A model generated the notes under the pieces. It worked only from the letters and a program-made list of their open reading frames with translations, had not been told where the DNA came from and did no database searches. DNA of 64,000 bases from Nymphaea colorata (taxonomy: Eukaryota). Numbering within the stretch: the stretch's first letter is position 1; every line of letters begins with the position of its first letter. Both the position numbers and the translations under genes were made by a program. Location of the stretch: the NCBI RefSeq assembly GCF_008831285.2, contig NC_045138.2:1736001-1800000 (forward strand), given 5' to 3'. Below are positions 13,734-25,876 of this stretch, piece after piece.

Positions 13734-14576
13734 TGTTCGCATCCCCAAAATTTTTGTTTTTTGAAGTGCTCCAAAAAAATAAAGTTTTGTTTTGAAAATG
13801 GAGAGAAAGAGATTCGCCCGTCGGTACGAGGATCGACCGTTCCCAGCGCCTTTACCGAGAGTAATCAATCCAAAGGTTATGTTTATCCTTGAAGCATTTT
13901 CATTTGGCTTGAGCATCATTTTCATTCTAAACGCAATGTTGTGTTTGACAAAATGTTGAAAATCTGATATTTCAAATTTTTGAAAAAGTTCTTGAAGAAT
14001 CATTTGAGAATGTAAAGCATTTTGATTTGATAAAAACTTGAATTGACAAATCCTTACAAATATTGTTTAAGAATATTTGACGATCATATTTTGAAAATAA
14101 TTTTGGTGTTCTCTTAAAACTTTAAGTAGGTTTGGTGTCTTGCTCTAATTCGATTACTACGTAATTAGAGCTCTATCTCATCTTGCTAAAATTCTTTCAG
14201 AGATGTGCTTGTGGTCATTTGTGATGTTAAGTGAATGTGGATGCATGAACGCATGGATCCTACATTATATATTTCTACCACAAGATTTATCTAAAGGCAT
14301 TCCCACCATCACATATATCTAAGATTTTTGTAATAAATATTTTTAATTAAAAGAGAACAGTTTTTAAAAGTGAAATGGGGTTGTAAACCCTCAAGCATGA
14401 TTTTGATGTTGGGTCATTACTTGAGTTTTGGTCTTGATGGAGTCAGAAAATAAAAAAGATCTTGAGAAAAAAATGTTCAGAAGAATGAAATATATGAAAG
14501 GTTTGATCACAAGAGAAATACAGAGAAAAAGAGAGAGAAAGAGATTTTGAAAATCATAAAATCAAAGATTTAAAAG

Positions 14577-14655
<79 letters not shown>

Positions 14656-16099
14656 TGAAAATAATGTTTAAACCAAGTAGAGAAGAGAAGATCATTTTAA
14701 AAAGAAAGAGATTTTAAAATTGAACACACACACACACATATATATATGGGAGTTTGTAAAATTATGTTAAATCATAATGAGAGAAAGACAAAGAAAGATA
14801 TTCATGTGTACGCATACGTATATAACATGTATATGTGTATATGTATTCATTAGAGTTAAAATAAAAAAAAATGAATTGAAAATGTCCGACTTCGACTTTT
14901 TTATGTAGGCCGGAGGGGAGCTTAGGTTCATGCAACAATTTAATTTAACTCTCCAAAGCCGCATTAGAGAGGGTATTTGGTTTTGAAAATCTTCTGAAAA
15001 ACATGCTTCCAAATATGAAGATATTTGCTTCAAGAAAATACATTTTTTCTACCATTGAGTATAGAAGAAAATCAAATACTCATGAAAGAGGGAATGACGA
15101 AACACTCATTGGTGTTTCTAGTTGAGTGATTAAGAAATAAACTGAGCGTGAAAATGACATGAAGATGCACTTTAACATGTACAAATTTGTGAAGGCTTTT
15201 CCTGATTGGACAAGTCCCAACCTCAAAAATCAACACAAGAATGAAGAAATACCAACCCTAAGCACCCATTCTCACTGTACATTTGTTCATCAATCAAAGA
15301 AAATTAGAACATCATTTATGAGCATCATTTCAACCATAAATGTTGATTGAAACAATACAACAAGCATATTTTGAAAATAAATGAAGAAATGAAATTTATT
15401 CTGCCTTGCACATACTCCCCGTGCACTCGAGATATAGCTCTCGATTATAGATAAGAAATCATTTGAGCTTTCTTGGACGGCCGTGGGGGGGTGTCAAGAG
15501 GAAAAGAAGAAATGCAAATGGAGGATTACATACCTCGGATATAGATAAGCCTCTTCCTTTGAATGATCCAAGGATCACTTCGGATGAAGCTCCAAAATGA
15601 TGAAATAATCTTTCTAAGAGGTCTTCTTGTTCTCCATTGAGGAATTTGAACTTAGATATGCATGCTCCTAAGGTTGGAGAAGAAAAAAAAGAGAAGAAGA
15701 GAGAAATGGAAAGAGGGGCAAATTTTCAAGTGAAGCAATATTAAAAATCCCTCAAGGGGTAGCCCATGCTTAAGAGTGAGGATCGTGGGGGTATTTATAG
15801 AGATTTTGGAGCCAAAATTCAAAATTTGAATTCAAGATTTAAATTCAACAGGGATGAACTTTAGAATTCTCAATTTGGATCTAAATTTGGATTTTGGATC
15901 TAATTCAGATTTAATATTTGGATTTTGGATTTGAATCTTGCATATAAGGCTGGGTTTTGAATTTGAATTTTGTATTTCAATTTGAACAATGGTTTAGAAA
16001 TTCATTTTGGATCAAATAATCACAAATTTGTTTTGAGTTTAAAACTTAAATTCAAATAGCAAAAGAATAGTCTTTTTTGAAAAATTTGAGGTGATAACA
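13734..16099. mobile_element. Large solo-LTR-like element (Gypsy Tat/Ogre-like termini)
   Basis: Starts TGTTCGCATCCCCAAAATTTT and ends AAAATTTGAGGTGATAACA (imperfect terminal inverted repeat). Interrupts the duplicated upstream flank and is colinear with 57874-61424. No clean TSD. Confidence 0.65.
14579..14651. repeat. (AT)n microsatellite
   Basis: Perfect AT run. Confidence 0.95.
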
Positions 16100-18711
16100 A
16101 ATAGTTACTTTTTTTTCAACATTCTCTCTCTCTCTCTCACACTCTCAACGACCCACTTCAATCAACCGATCGGTACACTGGCCAATGCAATTCTTTACCA
16201 TGTATTCAAATTGCACAGCCTGTTCTATTCTACACATCAAGTGAGGGACTGCGACACCATATGATCAAGTTCACTTATGCTAATATTTATTCAAAGTACA
16301 ACTTTGGTTAGGCTGAATAGAAAAGCTTTGAATAAATATTAGTTACCCAACCTGCCCCATGTATTGAGTCAGTGTGCATCTTGGTCCACTGATTCAATAC
16401 ATGGATGCAAAAATGTCCAAAATTGAATAAATATTAGTTACCCAACCTGCCCCATGTTTTGAGTCAGTGTGCATCTTGGTCCACTGATTCAATACATGGA
16501 TGCCAAAATGTCCAAAACACCATGAAATTTTAAATGTGAAGCTCCTTACACAGAAAAAGATGAAAAGGTGAAAACATCAACTTTTTTCATAAGAACTCAA
16601 AGTCCTTCTTTTTTCAAACCACTGATCGAACACTCGAACACTGACCGTGTTCTAATGTACAATTTTCTATGAGGGGGGCCAAACTATGGTTTCAAAATTT
16701 TGATAAGGACTGAAGTATAATTTTTAAAATTTTTTATATAGGATACATGAAAATTTGTATGTAAATTAAAAAAAATTAAAAGGAGGGGTGGTGGGAGAGG
16801 GCAGGGCCCCTACGGGCCCCTTCTTGACTCCACCCCTACTAATGCATGTAGGCGGCAATCATATATTTAAATATATTGTTAGCCGCCACCATTGGTCATT
16901 CATACATTTGTACCCTTCAATCATTTAATTTACTTTCATATGTGGTGCCCCACAATGTAATTGAATCAGATCTTTAGAAGCACTGCCACTCAAGTCATAA
17001 ATTTACATGTGACAAGCCGACATCCTTGAATTACTTGCCAGCACTAGCGTACCTTATGTTTATATGGATCTTAACTTTGTGATAATTCATATGGAATCAA
17101 CGTTACATTGGTTATGATTTTTGTTTTATTTTGGAAGCTATTTAGAGTTGCATGTCTCATGACCAAAGGCAAGCTCGAGGAGTCCATGACTGGTTTCCAA
17201 TGGTTCACTGTGTCTCGTTATGCTTACGGATGCCAAAATGTTTCATGCACGTAAAGTCAAGTATCTTGTATGGTCCGTAGAGGTGTTGGGTCTCGTATTC
17301 TTGAGCATGTATGAGTTGTGTCGCAGTCGCTCGCTTGATGTGTGTAATAGAACGAGCTGTGCAATTTGAATACATGATAAAGAATTGCGTTGGCCATTGT
17401 ACCGGATCTGTAGATTCAAGTGGGTCCATGAGAGAGAGAGAGAGAATGTGGTGCATGTTGAGAAAAAGTAACTACTCTATGTTGTTTTCATTAGTTCATA
17501 GTAATATATATATATAGTAACTCATAGCCAAGAGTCACTGATCTCACTTGTAAAGGCCGTCCGATCCATGGTGATGGACCATTCAAGAGAAAAAGATTTG
17601 ATAATTTATTATTACTCCACATCTTTTTCTCTTCATTTTTCTTTCAAACGATTAGACATTAATCATAAATAATATATATATATATAATTTTTGAACACAT
17701 GGTACAACAAACATTAATATCGCTTGCAATTTGTACTTACATATTTGACAACAAAAGCCGTTTAATCCATCAAGATAAACAAGTGAGAGAAAAGTCAGGT
17801 GAAAAAGTCGATGAGTATTTTGGTGATGTAGCATTAATCGACTCTTTTTTTTTTTAATCTATCAGGATGGACGAAAGACCATCGAATAAGTGATTAATAT
17901 TCTCCGGGGGAAAGTACTATTCCTGCGTCAATATGTTACAGTGACCCTGTCGGACAAATTAAACACATGGATAAAAAGATTCAATGATTTCAGTATCGAT
18001 CGTAAGGGACCGTGTTAAATCTATTCAGACGATTTAATTGATAATTGGAAAACAGCATGAATTAATTTTGAAATGCCAACTTGAGAGTATGATAGAGAAT
18101 ACGAGGAAAATGATTGATTTAAACAATGCAGAGGCACGGGCCAGGCATTAGCGCATGCACTACAAAAGCCGATGCATGATTTATATATACAGACAAGAGC
18201 CGCAAGGGAAATGGTTGATCTCTTCTTTGGTCTGTGCCGCTAGTCCCACCCTCACAATTATTATTGTCCTTCCACCTTCCAACCAAAGCAATTACGATTT
18301 ACTACCAAAAGAAAACTCGAAAATTAAACGAGCCAACTTGTTTTGTGATTTGTCTGATAATGGTAGTTGATTGAATGAAGCAAGCAACCATGACCAAGAA
18401 GATCAGTTCTGGTTGCGAAGAGATCGCCCGGCGTTCGTTTGCTCAGGAGGCTTCGCCGTTTAATTGGCGAACCATGTCGGCTCTGCTCGGAGGGAGCTCA
18501 GTGATGGGCAGGGCCGCAGATCTGTCGGTGGATAGTCTTGAGGATCTAAGTGGTTCACTTCGGACATTTTAGTTCTTCAAACTGCATTATAAGTCTTCAG
18601 GGGTGCAGACCGTCGACATTGAAACTCAGTAACAGAAGAACAGTAGAGAGTCTTCAGACCGTCCCCATTGAAACTCAGGACTGAAGAACAGTAGAGAGAG
18701 AGAGAGAGAGA

Positions 18712-20453
18712 ATGGCTCCCAACTTAGAGCAGGCCAAAGCACTGAAGCCTTACCTTCCTTCACAAAGGAAGGAGTTGACCGTCCCCAGCGCCTTCATCCG
18801 CAAGGAATCCCCATCATCTCCTTTGACGGCATCCCCATCATCTCCTTTGACGACATAGACTCCGCCGACTCCGCCCGCCGCTCTGCCGTCTTCCGCAACA
18901 TTGTGGATGCCCTGGAAAACTCGGGTATCTTCCAGGTGATCGACCACGGTGTGGACCCAATGCTGGTCTCCGCCATGGCTCACCTCTCCACTCGCTTCTT
19001 CCAGCTCCCTGTCGAGGAGAAGCTCCCGTTCGAGATGACCGCCGGCAAGCGCGGCGGTTATTTAGTCAGCAACACTTGTTCGGGGAGGAGATTGAGAACT
19101 GGCGTGAGTTCTTCACCTTCTTCACGTACCCGGTGGAGTCCCGTGACTCTACCATGTGGCCGGAGCAGCCGAAGGGGTGGCGGGAGGTGGTGGAACGCTA
19201 CTGCGAAGCGAACATGAAGTTGGCATCGCGAATTCTGGAGGTTTTGTCGGAGAGCATGGGCTTGGAGAAGGGTGCCTTCAAGGAAGCTTGCCTGGAGATG
19301 GACCAAAAAGGTGCTGGTGAACTTCTACCCGAGGTGCCCGCAGCCGGAGCTGGTGCTCGGTCTCAGGCGTCACACCGACCCCGGCACCATCACCATCCTC
19401 CTTCAGGACCACGTCGGTGGCCTGCAGATCACCAGGGACAGCGGCCGGACTTGGCACACCGTCAAGCCCATCGACGGTGCCTTTGTCATCAACCTTGGAG
19501 AACATGCTCGCGTACGGAAACACTCTGACTCCATGCATCCTCACCAACTCAAAACCAACAAAGATGATCTTACGAACCTCAAAACTAGTTCTGAATCTCA
19601 TTTTAGCATGCTTATTTAATGTTTACGACGGTTTTTTTCCCAAGTTTTTGAATGTAAATATCTATAACATAAGCAGATGGTAGGCGGCCAGCCACTGGCA
19701 TGAGTCTCATATGGACTGCCCTTTGTTTTGCGGATGCATGCATGCTATGACTTGTGAGACAAAAAAAATGACATAACCTTATTGTGTAGTCTTTGTTTTT
19801 TTGCCGAACTCATATTTGCACAGTCATATTTGCATTGATTATATCTAGGGATTTAAATTGAAACACTCTCATCCGACCTCAAATATATGGTTTTGAACAT
19901 GTAACATAGATTTTAAATCCATACTAATGAGATCCTCCGTTTAAACAAATTGAGATCTCTCCAGAATACACCTTTGTTAAAGGCTATCAGGTGCAACCTT
20001 AGGGTTCTAAGGGGGAGCAACTAAGTCACTCACAGTTTTCCAATACAACTGAACAGTGAGCCCACTAATGCGATTTAGAATTCCTGGCCACTGTTATGTT
20101 TCATGTGTTATTAAATAGTGGTAGATGTCATTTTAGAGTTTCTGACCGTAACAGAAAGTTCACATTAAGTGTTGAAGCAGTAGATCAGGGAAAGAGGGGG
20201 ATTTCGGCCTCTCACTCAAGTGATGGGTTAAAAGTCCACTCATCATCAATTCTTGCTTGACATTATGACCATGTGTGGGTAGTTACCCACACATGCCCAC
20301 ATAAATTGCATATTCATGTATTAATAATTTATAATTTAGTTGCTTATATATTTTTTCCTTTAAAGATATAATTTAAATTTTGAAGTATTACTGCTCCTTA
20401 AACAGGAATTCCTATTTCTACCATTGCTTCAAATATGCTTTTTCTTGGTATAT
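18712..20453 (+). pseudogene. F3H-like pseudogene, copy C (exon 1 18712-19511 plus intron; exon 2 absent)
   Basis: ATG MAPNLEQAK. Internal deletion plus a 24-nt tandem duplication near 18805-18852, a -1 indel near 19073 and a +1 indel near 19305. Intron homology stops at 20453, just before the AG acceptor. Confidence 0.88.
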
Positions 20454-20769
20454 GAAGCCTTACAGCGATAATGAGGATTCCAATCTCGAAGCTTTTTTTT
20501 GTGAGCTACCCAGTTGCACGACACTCCTTATGGCTGAAGTTTTATTTCTTTTATATTTGGAGTCATAGTATGCATCAGCAATATACAATATATTTTTCCA
20601 GCCAAAATAAAGCATTTGACATACTTAATTTGGAAATATCATGGCAACTCAAAAGTTATTTGAACTGAAGACGTAGCTACAACATGCCTCCCAACCCAAT
20701 CGGAGAGTAAAAGTACCAGAAAATGGTTTTTTTGGACAGCATCGGCATGTTCATGGGATCCATGGCAGA

Positions 20770-20892
<123 letters not shown>

Positions 20893-22972
20893 AAAAGAAA
20901 CCATTAATTTAAAACTATATGCAACAAATAAGGCTATTTTTTGAAACGAAAAGATATTTAGAGAAAGCCAAGGGCATTCAATGACATGTTCAAGGGTATT
21001 CTGAAAATCTTGAATTAGAAATAATTGGTATTTGGAAAATGATCATAAAATCTCGATTCTTGGATTGAGAATGATCTGTGACTTCTGTTCTGATCTAAAA
21101 ATGGCTCTAGCTCTCAGATTTGGGGCAGGATCTAGATCAAAAGCTTAAAATATCAAAAATTTGGATTTGGATCTTAAATTTTGATCTAAAATTCATATTT
21201 GGTTTTAAATCTTAGATTTAGATCTGGATTAAGGTATAAACCTGGAATTGGATCTAAATTTGGATCAAGATCAAGAATTTGGAAAACTGAATAAGGATAT
21301 GGATTTAGACTTTGGATATTAGGTTTGGATCAGGCCTGAATTGATATGAAGGCACAAATTGGGATCAAATGAGTCAAGAATTGAGATTTGGGTTAGGGTC
21401 CAGATCTAAAGTTTTGATGTGGTTTGAATCTAGGGATATATTTTGGATCTGGGTCTGACCTTTGGATAAAGATTTGGCTATAGGACTGAGATTTGGATCT
21501 TAAGAATTGTTTTAGGCTTCTATTGAGTTTTTGAACTGGATCCTAGTTTGAGTTATAGAATAAGTCTAATTTGAGATTGGGCTTTGTGTCCATAGTCTGA
21601 AATAGTAGAGATTGGGCTTTGTGTCCATAGTCTGAAATAGATCCAACTAAGTCTCAAATATCATTGATAGTCAAATAAAAGAAGAAATTGACTAAAATTA
21701 AGAGAAATTAAAGTATTTGAAGCCGAAAATCCTTGAAGGTTGTTGTAAAGTTATCACAAAATCTTTGAGAAAGGCTAAATACAGAATCGTTGGAAAATTT
21801 AGAGTGATTACATGGTACCATGCCCTTTTATTTCCATGTTTAGGAAGGCATGAAAGGCTCCTTAACTGATTCTCCTCCACTACATAAATAGATGTAAACC
21901 TCAAGAAGATAAAAAAAACTTCCTCATTAAGTTTTTTTTATTGTCATTTTCTTGTAATTTATTTTGCTCAAGCATTTCTTTCTTTCTATCAAAATTATTT
22001 AAAGATACATCTAAATATATATGTGATTTTTATTAATTAATAATAAGACATTATCAGCTGAACTAGTAGTATTCCTCTTGCTCTTGTTTGAGTTCTCGAA
22101 TCTATTCTTGAGTTTGAGCAAGGTTTCTCTATTCCAGTTCATGAGCAAGTGGCTCATTGACATTTCCAGTCCTTGCCCATGGTGCATCCTTCTTTTTGGC
22201 TTTTTGACATATTGCCCCAAGTTTTTTTGGGTAAGCAGGAGGATTAATTCCATTGCCTGAATGAGAGCCGAACTCCCCTCATTCTGTTTGCCCATAAGTC
22301 TGAAGCTATGTCGGTACCAAGTAGCGAGATCTTTACGTGATTCAAACTCTATATATGACCCACCTCCAAACAAAGTAGTTAAAAGCTCATATTGCACTAT
22401 GTAATCCGCCACTAAACTATCCATTGGATGTTTATGATTTTTAATTCTTTTGAATTACATAGTTTTCTGAAAATCTTTGTTTTTAAACTGGATGATCTCA
22501 AATCTGATCGGGTGAGTAGAAAGATAAATCCCACCAACCAAAAGAGAAGCAAAGTCCACTTTTTTGCCCAGTCCCATAGAATCTAAAGTTGTGTGGATGT
22601 CAGGCATCCAGAACTCCATGTTCTTCAACTGGCATATAAAACTCATTCCCTTTACGGTGGAGGAACATAACTTTAGCACCACATACATGCCTAGGCCCGT
22701 CAAGGGGCTGATCTCAGATCCGGAGATCATTAAAACCGGCCGTAATCTTCTCATAGATGTCCCTATCAAGTGCAGTCGCTTCATTAACTACACGGGTCTT
22801 TATTTAAGCATTCGCGGATCAAAGAGGACACATAGGTAGTGGCGTGAAGATAAGCACGCATGTGTTGCCATATGTGCATGCATGCACACAACACACACAA
22901 AGTTATTGACTGAGGAAATTAAGCAAATGCCTAAGAAACTTCCCAACACACACAACCTCCACGCTCTTTGGT

Positions 22973-23206
22973 TCATGGCTTTTCCCTTTCCTTGGCAACT
23001 TCCACATCGCGCTGCATCTTCTTTGTGTACATCTCCTTGAAGGAGACTGGTTTCTCGATCAATGGCTTTTCGCCCTCCGCTAGCTTCAGTGGGTAGACAA
23101 GGGCATCATGTGCCGGGTACTGCAACGTGGCGATCGACAGACGGCTGGAATTCGAGTTCACCACCACTTGGTGCTCCACCGCAGCAAACCTCCCGTTGCT
23201 CAAGAA
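22973..23206 (-). CDS. F3H: F3H-like dioxygenase, copy D, exon 2
   Basis: Acceptor TTAG|TTC at 23208-23207, phase 0. Encodes [31 protein letters not shown]...EREKP* with the distal Fe-binding His and the RxS 2-OG motif. Confidence 0.92.
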   Translation of the reverse strand, partial: FLSNGRFAAVEHQVVVNSNSSRLSIATLQYPAHDALVYPLKLAEGEKPLIEKPVSFKEMYTKKMQRDVEVAKEREKP

Positions 23207-23850
23207 CTAATATACCAAGAAGAAATATATGTGAAGCAATGGTAGGAATAAGAATTCCTGTTTAAGGAGCACTAATACTTTAAAATTTAAATTATATATT
23301 TAAAGGGCAAGCAATATATAAGCAACTAAATTATTATACCTTTAAAGGGCAAGCAATATATAAGCAACTAAATTGTAAGTTATTATTAATATATGAATAC
23401 GCAATTTATGTGGGCATGTTTGGGCAACTACCCACACAAGCTCATAATGTCAAGCTAGAATTGATGATGAGTAACATAACCCACCACCACTTGAGTGAGA
23501 GGCCGAAATCCCCCTTTCCCCGATCTACTCCTTCAAGACTTATGTGCACTTTGAGTTACAGTCAGAAACTCAAAAATAACATATGCTACTATTTAATGAC
23601 ATGTGAAACATAACAGTGGCCATGAGAATTTTAAACCCAAATCATTTTTTTCATTAGTGGACTCATTGTTCAGTTACACTACGCCATATTATCTTTTCTT
23701 TGAAAAACAATGAGTGACTTAGTTGCTTCCCTTTAAAACCCTAAGGTCGCACTTGATTGCCTTAGAACAAAGATGTATTTTGGGATATCTCAATTTGTTT
23801 AAACTGAGGATATGAGGATCTCATTAGTATGGATTCAAAATCCATGCTAC

Positions 23851-24050
23851 CTGGGACCGAAAGGGGGGGGGGGGGGGGGGGGTGCCTAGGTCATGGCTCA
23901 CCCCACCAAATTAAAAAAAAAACATTGAAAAAATTGAAAATTTTTAGTTGCGCCATGCATTTTTTGGATTTGGGTTCAGTTTAGTCCCACCCGAAACCAA
24001 AGGTTGTAAATTTTGCCACCTTTTAAAAAAAATCATAGCTTTGCCCCCTG
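23851..24050. mobile_element. MITE-like insertion in the intron of copy D
   Basis: Absent from introns of A, C and G. Contains a poly-G run and ends GCTTTGCCCCCTG. Confidence 0.6.
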
Positions 24051-24383
24051 CAGATTGCATGCTAAAAACCATATATTTATGGTCGGATGTGAGTGATTTG
24101 ATCCTAAGTTCATGGATCTAATAACCGAGACCTGTGTTCGGCTAGAAACAACCAAGTTATGTCATTTCTTTGTCCCACGAGTCATAGCATGCATGCATCC
24201 ACAAAACAAAGGCCGGTGCACATGAGACTCATACCCGTGGCTGTCAAAATCTTGTAAAAAAAACCGCCATAATCCCTAAATAAGCATGCTAAGATGAGAT
24301 TCAGGATTAGTTTTGAGGCTTGTAAGATCAGCTTGGTTGGTTTTGAGTTGGTGAGGATGCATGGAGTCTGGGTGTTTTCGTAC

Positions 24384-25202
24384 GTGAGCATGATCTCCAA
24401 GGTTGATGACAAAGGCACCGTCGATGGGCTTGACGGTGAGCCAAGTCCGGCCACCGTCCCTGGTGATCTGCAGGCCGCCGACGTGGTCCTGATGGAGGAT
24501 GGTGATGGTCCCGGGGTCGGTGTGACGCCTGAGACCGAGTGTCAGCTCGGGCTGTGGGCACCTCGGGTAGAAGTTCACCAGCACCTTTTGGTCCATCTGC
24601 AGGCAAGCTTCCTTGAAGGCGCCCTTCTCCAAGCCCATGCTCTCGGACAGAACCTCCAGAATTCGTGATGCCAACTTCATGTTCGCCTCGCAGTAGCGCT
24701 CCACCACCTCCTGCCACCCCTTCGGCTGCTCTGGCCACATGGCAAAGTCGCGGGACTCCACTGGGTACGAGAAGAAGGTGAAGAACTCGCGCCAGTTCTC
24801 AATCTCCTCCCCGAACAAGTGGCTGCTGACAGCATAACCGCCACGCTTGCCGGCGGTCATTTCGAACCGGAGCTTCTCCTCGGCAGGGAGCTGGAAGAAA
24901 CGAGTGGAGAGGTCGGCCATCGCGGAGACCAGCGTTGGGTCCACACCGTGGTCGATCACCTGGAAGGTGCCCCAGGTTTCCAGGGCATCAACGATGTTGC
25001 GGAAGACGGCGGAGCGGCGGGCGGAGTCGGTGGAGTCGATGTCAACAAAGGAGACGATGGGGACGTTGTTGGAGAATGCATCGTGCGCGACCTTTGGCCT
25101 CTCCTCTTCGTTGCGGATGAAGGCGCTGGGCACAGTCACCTCCTTGCTCAGTGTAGGAAGGGAACGCTTCAGTGCTTTGGCCTGCTCTAAGTTGCCAGCC
25201 AT
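24384..25202 (-). CDS. F3H: F3H-like 2-oxoglutarate/Fe(II) dioxygenase, copy D, exon 1 (273 codons; joins exon 2 at 23206..22973, 350 aa in total)
   Basis: Open frame MAGNLEQAK...WREFFTFFSYP...[25 protein letters not shown]...NLGDHAH. GT donor at 24383-24382 (CAC|GTACG). Aligns motif by motif with F3H ([23 protein letters not shown]). Confidence 0.92.
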
Positions 25203-25876
25203 CCTCTCTCTCTCTCTCTCTCTCTACTGTTCTTGATTGAGGCCTGTGTTTCAATGTCCACGGTCTGCACCCCTGAATACTTATAGTGTAGTCTGAATAA
25301 ATAAAACGTCCAAAGTGGACCACTTAGATCCTTAAGACTATCCATCCACAGATCTGCTTTCTCTCAAGTTGGCACTTCAAAATTAATTCAAATTGCACAT
25401 GTTCATAAGTGGAATCAGATGCAAATGCGAGGAACTTGTAATTTTTAAAAGTCTTATATTACATAATAAAGCACAGTTCCTTAGCAGCTTTAGAAGATAA
25501 TATTTCTCATGCAAATCCAACACCATATTCGGTTTAATCTCGGCATTCCTGACCGATGTTAAAGGTTTGCATGTGTTTAATTTGTCCTGCAGGGTCAGTG
25601 TAACATATTGACGCAAGTACTTTCCTAGATATATTAATCACTTATTCGAATGGTCTTTCACCCGTCCTGATAGATTGAAAACAAAAACAATTAATACTAT
25701 ACAACCAAAATACCCATCGTCTTTTTCTTCTTGTTTTCCTCTCACTTGTTCATCGTGATGAATTAAATGGCTTTTGTTTTCAATTATGTAAGTACAAGCT
25801 TGCATTCGATATTAATCTTTGTTGAACCATGTGATCAAAAATTATATATATAAATATATATTACTATGAACCCCAG

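Noticed and set aside
24276..25202. 308-aa single-exon ORFs (also 44594-45520) as complete proteins
   Set aside because: They read through the GT donor into the intron and lack the distal His and RxS motif, which are supplied by exon 2.
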